NCBI GenBank assembly: GCA_009602735.1
Contig: WELA01001035.1
Coordinates: 396,180 to 460,179, forward strand
Origin: Mesotaenium endlicherianum
Lineage: Eukaryota
DNA: 64,000 nucleotides
Direction of reading: 5' to 3'
Shown here: piece by piece, positions 1 through 10,994 of the stretch
How the letters are laid out: each line of letters begins with the position of its first letter
Numbering within the stretch: position 1 is the stretch's first letter
Program-made: the position numbers and the translations under genes
Notes under the pieces: model-generated
Seen by the model: only the letters and a program-made list of their open reading frames with translations
Told to the model about the DNA's origin: nothing
The model's database searches: none

Positions 1-820
1 CCCCCCCCCCATTCCACATGCACGTACGCTCCCCAAGTCCTTCCCAGATCCTGAGAATATGAGAGAGGAGAGCGAGAGGGAGAGAGGAGGAGAGACATCT
101 CCTCCAGAGGACAGCAAGCCAGCAGGGGCCCACCATGCGTCCGCCTCCTACTACTGCTCTGACAGAAACCAACCACGTGTCGTCCATGACTCGGTAAAGT
201 TTGCTGAGCACCCGGCTGGCGACACCTGGGAAGACCATGACGCTGGCCTCTCGTAGGACTGAGAGTCCCTGTGAGCGCGACAAGTGGCAGCGTACAAGGG
301 GAGAAGGAGAGTGAAGGCAAGGTGCACAGGCCGGAATCGATCTTGGCACAAGAGCGGCGTGACTGGAGTGTAGGCCAGAATTCACGCATGCACGCGTACC
401 AAGAAGTGTTCTTCGGGAGAGCTGACTGCGTAGCGTGTAGCTAGGTAGCAAACTTAGGCAGACAGGTGGCGTTTCACCCAGCGGATATGCCGGTCTGCAT
501 GGCTGAAGGTGGGGAAGTATTGACGCTCCCGGAGTGCAGGAATGGGGAAGGGGCGAACTGCGGGACGCTTAGCGCGTGCGCATGATCACGTCCAAGGTCA
601 GAGAAGATAGTGAGATGGATGGGTCGGGAGAAGGGATCGACCACTGGGGGCGGAGTCACAGACACATTGCACCTGTGCCTTGGCTCTCCAGAATGGCGCA
701 CGAAATAAGCTCACGCGAAGTCAATTGGGCCTCTAAGCTTTCAGAACCGCCCCGAAAAAGATTTTCATCGTGACTGAACGAGGGAGAGTGCGCAGAAAGG
801 AAGGGTACGAAGAGACTAAC

Positions 821-999
821 CTGCCATCAGGGGCAAGAGCCCAGAAAATTGCATGCGTCCATCCCTGTGCGACAAGAACCTGCAACCGCTTCTGCGACTC
901 CCTCCCCGGCAAAAGGGCCTCCCCGCTGTCCCTGAACACCTCAGGCTGTGTTTGTATCTCTTTCAGCGACTGAGCTTCCAAACTCTGTTGCTGCCACAT
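821..999 (-). CDS. Probable first coding exon of a bHLH transcription factor with a bHLH-MYC_N domain; downstream exons not resolved
   Basis: Translation QKRLQVLVAQGWTHAIFWALAPDG resembles the MYC2/GL3-type N-terminal motif (LQQRLQALI...GWTYAIFW). The exon ends at a GGCAG|GTTAGT donor at 820. Confidence 0.5.
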
Positions 1000-3900
1000 G
1001 TCTCCTAAGCAGGACCATATAGCTCGAAGCTAAACAGTGACAAAGATATACCGCACTCATCAAACGCATCACATCTGCGCTGTTTCCTCCTCAACTCTGA
1101 GCACGGCCATGGTCTGTCCCTGAGTTCTTGCGCTTGAAACATATCAAAGGGCAACAGGGCGAGGAGGGTGGGAGAGATGCATCGTCGCTTCGGTCCCTCT
1201 AGGAGATTCCTTTCAACGAGACAATATAGAAGAGCCCCCCAGCAGCCGGATGCTAGGCAGCAGCTTGGCAGGCATTGGCAGGCATTGGTACACATACATG
1301 TTGGGCAAAGTTTTAGGACATTGTACCAACGAGGTGGAAAACTTCTTGTTCTGCGTCAGTACGGACGACTTCACTATTTCACTTTCTCACCCTCTACGCT
1401 CCAAGACGCGAGTCATGAAGTCACGACCAATGTGGATTTCGGCAGCTGGAGCGCGTGCTGTCGGATTTTTGCGTCGAGTTGTTTCATATAAGCACCAGGA
1501 TCTCCAAAGTCGCGTCAAAGGTACACAGAAAGCAGGCGGCTTAAGATACTGTGGCAGCAGCAAAGGACGATACAGGAAACTCCAGACGACATATCTGGGT
1601 GGAACTGGGTGTAGTGGTTGTAAGGGCTGGCTTGGGCTGACCCGCTGCAATGTGCACTGTGCAGTGTGCAGTGTACAGTTCACGTTTTACGCTCAGCGTG
1701 ACGTGATTATGCAGCAAATTCTGACCACATTCGGATTGTGGAGCTCTACTACGGCCAAGGTTGATCCGGGCGACGCGGCTGCCAGAGGCACACAGCTGAT
1801 TCTGGTTGTCATATGAAGTCGATCATGCACTATATTACCTCAATCCGGAGAATTGAGCGTTATCAAGTGTAATCGGGCATTATCGGAACCTTTGACTGAA
1901 CAGGTGTACCGTGTGACTCTTCGACCTACATCTGCAAAGATGTCGGTATCACATACCTTCGCACACGTTGCTTGAATAAATTGGCCAATCGGTGGCTAGT
2001 CACCTCTTTAAATCACAAGGAGTCTTTCTGACGCACGCTGTTACCATCAGTTGGCGCCTAGATTCTCACGCATTGACCATGACTTGCGATGACCTTTACG
2101 TCGGAGGACGGTGCCCCCTGATAGAATTTAGGCGATCCGCCTGTGATTGTGTCGGGATGAGTTCCGGGCAGCTGCCGACAATCCAAATGTATCGCAACTG
2201 CACGGACTGGCTTACATGCACCTGCTTGCAGCAAGCTCAAGTTACACCCATCAATAACTGCCGAATCTGCTCAGAACTGATCGGAAACCACATTTAAACC
2301 CCGAACAAACCACGATCTCTTGTAGTGAAGGACAAAACAAGATAGCGGAAACTGTATCGCTGCTGAACGCTGCACTTGCTCAAGTCCGCCTGCGTCCTTC
2401 TGCGTCCGCCCTAGATTTGGGTTGGTAACTTGGTAACGTATGTTTCCGCGATTCATTGCCGCTTTCCTGTTGTGGCCCTCGCGTTCGAAAGCGACAATTA
2501 AGCGAACCAAACTTAACGCGTACGCGGTTCAGGAGGTAATGATAAAGTCCGACAAGACTATCTTTAGAAGCTTCCACCTGGCTTTGACACTGTCCCAGCT
2601 TGGATTTGTATCGCCTGGTCTATGTAGGGACGCTTTCCTCTGCCTTACTATTCAGCTTTCTTCGACCATTTTCGCTTCAAAAGACCAAGCATCCTAGGCA
2701 TCCCGCCACAGAGGTGCCATATGGGCTGATATGCGCACCCGACAAGCTAACCGCCATACTTCAAAGTAACATGCTTCTTTTTCTCGCCCGCACGCGTGCC
2801 CAACATTCTGCATGGGTCCCACTCATGCACCCTGAGAGTGGTCGACGGGCGAAACGGCCAATATCGACGCCGTTTAGATAGCCGGTGGGACCATTTCCAC
2901 CACTTTTTCAAGTTGGAAAACATAATTTCATTTAGGTGCATTTCGTTGGCAAACATTCTTCACACAAAAGATGGAAAACATGCCTTTTCCTAGCGACCGA
3001 TTTAACTCGCCCCCTTCGAGATGTTTTACCTTCCTTTACTTGGGATTTTCATTCTTTTTTTTGGATTGTCATTACTCCGCCCCCTTCCAGAAATCATTTC
3101 CCAACCACAATACAGGTGGCTTTCGACCTCAATATCAAGGTGGCAATCCATGTGCATACAATTTTGGACCTTCCATTATGAAACCACATTTATATTAATT
3201 AAATAATATTTAACATTTACAAACATTGAAACCCTAGAGAATACTTAGGTCCTACAATCTCCATGCTATACCTTTATAGCCACCTAAAATATAATCTAAT
3301 ACCTAAACCCTTTATGACTACCTTACAAGCATGACAAAACCAAGTTTGACCTAAATCCTAGGGTCTAGGAGCTAATATCCCGACTACAAGTGATGTAACC
3401 AACTCGTGAGAGTGCCTTAACCGACTCTCCTTTGCCTCTTTTTGGCTGCATAAACAAACACATAAAACTAAAGAAAAACATGAGTCCAAAAGCCAAGAGT
3501 ACACACAAAAAGGGAGAGATGTCGAGAGAGGAAGAAGAAGATGAGGAGAGAGAGGAGAGAGTGAGGGCGGGCTGGAGAGAACGAGCGAGACAAGTGGCGC
3601 AGCACACCGTGAGCAACGCGCGCACCTGAAGATCATGGTGTCAATGTCGTCGCGCGTGTACAGCTCTAGCAACAGCGCGCTTTCTAGCATGTGCACCCGC
3701 CTTACCCCGTGCTGCTCCCTCCTCTCGCCTCCCCCCCCACAGCCCACACCACGACACAAACACACAGCACACGTTGTTAATATTTTCAGGTTTTGGGATG
3801 AGAGTGGAGGGGAGGGGAGCGGAGGGGAGGGGCGGCCGTATGTATGAGCCAGCGCTGCTGCTTCTTGGTCTGCACAGGCAAGCACAGAGAAAGGAGTCGG

Positions 3901-4199
3901 AGAGGTCAAGAGAACAAGGGAACGGATTCCCCCATTCCTGCCCCCTTGGACAGGAGCCTCCTGAGCCCTTCCCGCAACCGCCCTCCTCTCCGTCACCCTA
4001 CGCCTCTTTCTCCCCCTCCCTCTCACCTTCCCTAGTAGTTGGGCACATTCCTTCACGTTGCAACAGGCTTTCCAGGTTGTCATGCCAGGGGACGGGGCAA
4101 ACAAACAGAGGAAGTGAGAAAGTCGCCAGAAACACAGACATCGAGAAACAGGGGGAGGACGCAGGTGGCTTAGAAGCAGCGGGCGCAACCAGCAGGTAC

Positions 4200-5411
4200 A
4201 AACATACACACTCGCACACGCGCTCATACACACACACGCACACCTACAAACATACACACACTCACACACATGCACGCACACACAGGCACGCACACACACA
4301 ACATACATACACTCGCACACACGCGTGCATGCACACACACCAAGGACACAACTATACACACAGTTGCACACACACTCACTAAACCCTAAAACTCCCAGCA
4401 CTCGCAAACCCTATACATGCCCTTGTTTTTCAAATCCTGAGGCAGTAGAGATATACACAGAAACACACATTCACACACAAGCATGATGAAAGGGGCAAAG
4501 TGCCCTAGTGGAAGCGTAGTGACTCACGAGGAAAGGAACTAGTTGCCATCATACTAGAGAGTGTAGCGGCATATCACTAACAAAGCTTAGGAAAAATACT
4601 CAACATTTTGAGTAGCAAGAAACTGCTCACAATTGATGTAGGATGAAAGGCCTCGTCATTACAAACCCGTAGAAATTTACAGAAGTGAAAACTGATAAGA
4701 AACAAAGAAGTTATGCCTATTTATAATTTTCTGCCTAAGTGCTCCTCCCTAGGAGAAAGCTACGGATTTTCCTAAGTGTTCGTCAAATCGTCCCTTCCAG
4801 AATATTCGTGAGTAAGCCAGATCAGTCTAATCTGACGTGCCGGGCCGATTTGACGTCCACATACATGCATCGACANGGGCCGATTTGACGTCCACATACA
4901 TGCATCGACATTACTAGAATATTCTATCTTAGACGCGCTAGGCTAAACTGGAACTTCTAGGTAAATCGACCTAGTCGGCACTCCGCGTCAGCCGAACTAA
5001 CGTGAAGGTTCGAGTTCATTCTAACGGGCCAGATCGCTCGACGCTGTCGGTCAATCCGACGGTCGCGCTCACCGCGAATTAAGGACAGTCGTCAACCGAC
5101 CTCAAAACTAATTAAACTTCGGAAATCCATAACTCTCTCAATACTTGACCAAATTCGATGAACTTTATATCAAAATGACCAAAACAATGCACTCTACACT
5201 ACTATACAATCCAAACATACTTTCATAAAACTCAAAAATGCACTTTCTAAACCTATGACCTTACACATGAAGTCAACGAAGCACACACGCGCACACACGT
5301 GCATGCACACGCATGCACACAAACACGCACACGCGTACACTCGCACAGACACGCTCGCCCACACATGCACACAAACAAACACACACTAACAGCACACACA
5401 CATGCACGCGC

Positions 5412-5445
<34 letters not shown>

Positions 5446-5560
5446 GAAGCATACGCACACGCACACACGCTCATGCACGCACACGCACACACACAAACAT
5501 ACAGATACACACATGCACGCTCACACACACACTAGACACACACACACACACACACAAAAC
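4200..5560. repeat. Two degenerate (CA)n/(CACG)n microsatellite tracts (about 4200-4380 and 5280-5560)
   Basis: Directly visible; they generate spurious His/Thr and Val/Cys ORFs. Confidence 0.85.
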
Positions 5561-8096
5561 GAGAACACATATATCGGAATGTGAACATCTCACATGTTCC
5601 CCCTCACATCCGCGCGCACGCACGCAGAACCGCATGGATGCATGCAGGCATCCCGTCCCAGAGTGAGCCAAGCAAGCATCCCGAGTCCAGCTGAGCCCGG
5701 GGGTAAGGTCCAGGGCAAAGCTATTGCCGGCCCAGCCATGACCTGCAGCCCAGTCGCAAGCCACAGCCAGCCAGCCCAGAGGAGTGGGGGGGGCTACAGT
5801 CCAGCCCGAGGTGAGAGCTACTGCCAGCCCAGTCGTGAGCTGCAGCCCAGCATGCCCCCTGCCAGCATGCCCCCTGCCAGCACAACTCAGGCAGCCCGGG
5901 CTATCCCTCCTCTCCTCCCCCTTGGCCCCTCCCAAGCAAGACAATCCTGAACAGCAGCCCTGACAACTCCTCGACACATGGCAGCAGCTGCTCTACATAT
6001 GGCAGCCGTCCCAAGCACACAAAATGGGAGAGTGCTCCGAGAGAGGAGAGGGAGAGGAGAGGGAGAGAAAGGGGGAGGGAGCGGGAGAGAGGGGGAGGGG
6101 AAGAGAAAAGTGAGACAGGCCTGCTGTTGCTGCATAATAAACAAGTGACAATTTCTTTATTTGTCTGCCAGCCACTTCGGCATGTTCCCGGTGTAGAAAA
6201 TGTCGGATAATCATTGTGTGAGTTTTACACTAGAATGTGAAGAAAATTATGAGCCTGGTGAGAATATGGACTGCTAATTGTATAATGGGTTCTCGCTTGG
6301 TGGTCTTTCTGGTTTGGAGTAAAGTATGTGAGGCATGGACGACACAAGCCCCCCCCNNNNNNNNNNNNNNNNNNNNNNNNNNNNNNNNNNNNNNNNCCCC
6401 CCCCCCCCCCCCCTCGTAAACGCGATAACGGATCAGTTCTTATGGAACATATGGTACAACATAATCCGAAATAACTTCTGGTCATAACTTTATCAAGAGA
6501 GAGACACACAGAGAAGAAAGAGGAAGGAAGGGAGAAGGACGGAAGAGAAGGGGGTATCTGCAATAACTATCAAGCCAAAGGCCGGAGACACTTGCCGTCA
6601 AGAGCACCAAGACCCATAGCTCACTTTCGCTTGCCAGGCCCTCAACACTCACTTTCGATTACCAATGCGGAGAAAAGCCGGGACTTGCAAGAAATATTCA
6701 CAAACTCATTATGTGTTCAAAACAGACTAAAATAAACCTAAGAAAAGACATGGTTGCGGCTGCAGACATGTCCGTGGTTGTTAGGTTCAATCTTGCGAAG
6801 TTCATCGAAGTTGGCAATTTGATGGGTTCAGGTTGGGCTCGACCAAACGAAAACAAAGGCCGTGGATTAAGATCGCTGTACTATCACAATTGCACTTGTC
6901 GATCGAGGGAAGTCAATGTAAAAAGCAAACCTCTTGCCATTCTTATAGAACGGACAGAGTTGGTTTAATATCTTCTTCAAAGGGTGGGGCTTTGAAACAC
7001 GTTTCCACCAATTTTTGAGCTGGAAAGTGGCGCGTTGCTTGTCGTGGTGTGTTTACAATCGTTTGGCGACACTTCAGCGAAAAATTTGCCCGAGCCATCC
7101 CACGCCATCCTTTGAAAAGATGGAATAACTGCAAATTATCCATCGATCCTGTCACTAATTTTTCCAGGTTTGATTTCAGGTCGCTAACGAGGCATATCTT
7201 TTTGATTAATGGGCTCTAATTCACTGTTGAAATTTTGAGATTTTAATTTCGGGGCGCTATTTTTAATCTTTGAATTTAGGGCGTTATTTCACCCATATTT
7301 TTGAGAGGAGTTCCTACTCCACGGTCCCATTGTAATTTTCACAAAGATCTGATTGGGTCTGGCCACGCGTGTCAGGAGTTACGGAGAGCCCATGTATGGC
7401 ACCGACCGTTGACCACAACCGATCAAGCCATGGTGACCTGTCAAGCTCAGGACTAAGGTCCAACTTTTTTACACGTGCAGAGTGACAATCGCCTTTGAAT
7501 AAAATTTGATTCCTTGGGATGAGTGGGGGAAATACAAGCCAGATCAGCCGTGAGGCTGCCGACAGCAAGGCTAGGAATGGCCACGTAAGCACGTGCCAAG
7601 TAACGCAGTGTTGAAATGCACGGCCAACTTGGAGTTCGGTCCATTGGCAAGATTGCCACGACAGGTCTGGCACAACATTGTGAGCTGCCTTGATAGCTAT
7701 GCCAGACTTGCCACGCGTTCAGACTTCGAGCAATCACGCGCGACACTAACGAGGCAGCGCGAAGGTGGCTGTAGACTCGAATTTAAGCTTGACTTCAATT
7801 TTTTTATTTAAATGCATACATTTGCATGAGTAAAGCACAAGTAGACTACATTTTGAGCTTGTTCTCACTTTTCATTCTAAAGAAGAAACGATGAGGAGGA
7901 AATGAAAGAGCGCGAAGGATAAAGGAACTCCCAAGATCAGAAGGAGCCTGAGAAGCCACGCTTCTGCCGATGTTTGAGAATCAATTTCGCTTTTGCCATC
8001 CAAATTTGTACAAATGAGAATGAACACCCAAGCGTGCAAAGAGCACATAAATTGGTGATTATTAACTCAAAATCTAAGTTCGCAGAAGTCACGTCC

Positions 8097-8814
8097 TGAA
8101 ATGAATCGACTTACCAAATAGGCGATTAACAATTAATAAAGATCTTTATATCAGCAAGTAATCTTATGGTATTTCCGTTAACTAGTTAAACGGCAAAGGA
8201 CAATACACTAGCAGAGAATAATACTCGTAAGTCAAATGCGAGTAAACTAGCATCAATGATGCAAATCAGTAAACTCATACATAAGCAAGGTTAGAAGACA
8301 GTGCGTATCAATGGCTTCTCGCCTTGGATTCAGAGTTCTCTCAGTAAGCTGTACAAGAGAGTTGGCCTCGTTTCCGAATGCCGAACTCGAGAGCAATGCC
8401 TAGCATATGTACATGGAATGAGTTTACTGTTCAACGGTCAGTGCGATGGCACCGCCTACCCGGGAGTTAACCACGTTGGTAGGACCTCGGTTAACCAAAT
8501 CCACCGCCATCTCCCATCATCCCGAATAGCCATCCATCATGGGGATGTCATCTGGCCATTCATCTAGCATGTCGTACTTAGATGCATATCAAGGCAGTTC
8601 GCTGCTACCGAGCACGGAAGTCAGCTGGCTGTCAAAGAATGTGTCAGCAAGCTGACTTAAGTTGACTTCAGCCTGCTGCTTTCGGCCGAGTCATTAAACT
8701 GGTAATTATGTAAAGTCCAGCAGACTGATTATTAACTGAAGTTCAGCAGGCTGAACTTAATTAACTATTAGATGTAAATGAATATTATATCCACTAATAT
8801 ACTGATTCATTACA
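8097..8814 (-). repeat. 3' LTR of element A
   Basis: In element orientation it starts TGTAATGAATC and ends GATTCATTTCA (imperfect 11-bp terminal IR). It is preceded by the PPT AAGTTGGAGGGAT (8815-8827) and is near-identical to 16343-17061. Confidence 0.95.
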
Positions 8815-8927
8815 ATCCCTCCAACTTAACTTGTTGTCGCCTCGACAACATTAAACTGCAGAAATTTTAAATAAGGGAACTGAACCTGACCAGCCTCCCT
8901 TACTGACTGCCTCTTCAGCGTGTCACC

Positions 8928-10604
8928 TTAAGGGGTTGTTCCTGGGGCTTCAGGGTCAGGAGACGGAGATCTGGACCTAGATCTGGACAGCCCTCTAGGT
9001 CTGTCAGCTGGCCTTCTAAAGAACCCTGTTTGCTCTAAAGTTGGCCCTCGAGGAGAACGGAGGATGGTGGCCTGCTCTTCAACCACTTGGGTGTTGATTC
9101 CCACATAGACAGGCATTCCAGTAGGATGCTGAAATACATTGGCTAGAGGTACATGCCCCTGAGCGGAGGGGGAGGCTGGCATACCTCTGGCCCACCCGCG
9201 TGTCCCTCTTCTGGCACCCCTGTCCTCTGGGGATTTCTGTCTGTGTCTGCTGCCCAGTACAGTCAGATCAGCTTCTTCCCCTGCTTGGGCAGGTGGGCTG
9301 GGGGAGCGAGCGCGGGGTCCAGTTGTCGCCATAACGGGGATCACATTCCACACACCTGATCGTGGTTCTTTAGGAAGTGCCACTGCCTGTCCCTGGGTAT
9401 CCTGAGTACCTGCTGCTGATGCTTCTCCTCTGCCTTGTTCTTCTTCCTCATCCTCCTCATCCTCCTCCTCGGAGAGAGTAGGGGTCTCGTCCACTAAGTC
9501 GTCCTGCTCCCTAGTAGACATGGAGTAGTCTACCGACCTCCCTTTCTTAGGGCGCGCTGGAGGTTGCTTGGCCTTCAGCCTACTGATATCTATCCGGCCT
9601 GCATTCTTTGCCCATTTGACAAAGGCATGCTTTCCCTTAGAGAAGTACTCTCTTCCCCTCCTCCTATGTTCCTTGGTCTCTGCATTCATATTGCTCAGGC
9701 ATCCATTCAGCCTGGGGTCCCAAGGGGCAATGTGAGGTGGTAGGATGAGATAGCCGTCTAGGCCATAGTGGAAGTCATCCGGTTGGGCTCGGTCACACTC
9801 CTGCTTCTTATTTGTGACGGTCATCCACCTCCAGTCTGTTGGCTGCTGGTAGTACTGGGGTCCGTGCTCAGCCTTCCTCAGTTTACACGGGAACCAGTGG
9901 GGAGAGAACATCTGCTGTCCTGCTTCCCTGGCCAAGTACTCCCAGCTCCTTCTCTCAACTTCATTGTAAGCTGGCAGGAGTGTGAGGTAGAATACCGTAT
10001 CCTTAAAGCTATCGGGCCGCATGCTCACCATCCGGATGAGTCTCTGATCTCCCACTATTCCCGGTATGGGGACCGGCTTGTCCTCTGAATCATCTGCGAG
10101 ATACCGGGCCTGCTCTGCTGTATAGCCCACCATCTTAGCATAATCTTCGTAAAGGACCACGCCGGTGTGTGTCTCGATGTACCTGTCCAGTGCTGTAGCT
10201 CCTTCCTTCTGTAGCAGTGTTGTCTGTTCCAGCCTGTTGATCTCCTGGGCTGCCAGCAATGCTTCCTTCAGGTTATCGAAGTTTTGGCCACCCACCACAG
10301 TATACCTGTAAGTGGCCAAGCTCTTCTGTCTGTCCGCTTCAATCTTTTTTCTTTTCTCCTCTTCTGCCGCTGCCGCTTCTTCTTGCTGTTTCTTCTGTCT
10401 CTCCTCCTCAGCCTTCCTGAGGTTTTCCGCTTCCTGATCCTTCTTCCTCTGTGCCTCTTCTGCCGCCTCTTGTTGTTTGCGGACCCTTTCTTGTTCTCTC
10501 CTGGTGAGGGACGTCGCCGCCAGCTCCTTCTGGTATTGCTCCATTGTCCTCCTGGCTTCTTCTGCCTTGCGCTTTCTGTCCTCCTTTTGTGTGGTGGGCG
10601 CCAT
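8928..10604 (-). CDS. ORF3 of element A: accessory protein of unknown function (coiled coil, conserved globular core, acidic tract, RS-rich tail)
   Basis: Open frame 8928-10628 with likely ATG at 10604. Homologous to 23940-25607 through YNEVERRSWExLARE, PTDWRWMT, LPPHIAxWDPRL, FSKGKHA and GHVPLAxVxxHPxGMPxYV. Confidence 0.85.
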   Translation of the reverse strand: MAPTTQKEDRKRKAEEARRTMEQYQKELAATSLTRREQERVRKQQEAAEEAQRKKDQEAENLRKAEEERQKKQQEEAAAAEEEKRKKIEADRQKSLATYRYTVVGGQNFDNLKEALLAAQEINRLEQTTLLQKEGATALDRYIETHTGVVLYEDYAKMVGYTAEQARYLADDSEDKPVPIPGIVGDQRLIRMVSMRPDSFKDTVFYLTLLPAYNEVERRSWEYLAREAGQQMFSPHWFPCKLRKAEHGPQYYQQPTDWRWMTVTNKKQECDRAQPDDFHYGLDGYLILPPHIAPWDPRLNGCLSNMNAETKEHRRRGREYFSKGKHAFVKWAKNAGRIDISRLKAKQPPARPKKGRSVDYSMSTREQDDLVDETPTLSEEEDEEDEEEEQGRGEASAAGTQDTQGQAVALPKEPRSGVWNVIPVMATTGPRARSPSPPAQAGEEADLTVLGSRHRQKSPEDRGARRGTRGWARGMPASPSAQGHVPLANVFQHPTGMPVYVGINTQVVEEQATILRSPRGPTLEQTGFFRRPADRPRGLSRSRSRSPSPDPEAPGTTP

Positions 10605-10994
10605 CCTGCACATGTAACCAGGGCACAAGTTAGTAGGATATGGACCTTTGTCATAGGGATTGCAGGAAGTATGTTAGTATTAGTATAGTGGCTTCGCTGC
10701 TGTTTACCTTACAGGATGATTGCTAAAAGTTGACGTAGTTGCGATGCGCTACACATAAACGTATGAGTGTGTTTTAGGGTGAGTTAAGTGATGTAGTGTT
10801 ATGCGAGGCCCTTTTTCCTTCTGCTCAAGGTGCGTTATGTGGGCCAGGCTGTCCCCTCTGTCATTATGTTGACACTTAGGGTTCACGTAACTGTTCTTTT
10901 ATCGCTCTCGCTCACTAACTGTCATATATTTCCCCCTCCAACTTAAATGGAGACAGGACCGCCTGTCACCTTCCCGTGTCAACTGAAATGACAG

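Noticed and set aside
4842..4910. 34-bp direct repeat (similar small duplications at ~11639 and ~12309)
   Set aside because: Each is centred on a single N, which indicates a scaffolding artefact.
3358..6214. Long ORFs rich in VC/HT/LS
   Set aside because: They are translations of microsatellites and low-complexity DNA. The same applies to most intronic ORFs between 44 and 64 kb.
8301..8567. ~88-aa antisense ORF present in all six LTRs (MRINGFSPWIQ...)
   Set aside because: Recurrence is explained by LTR copying. It mostly has non-ATG starts and no recognisable motif, and nothing shows coding selection.
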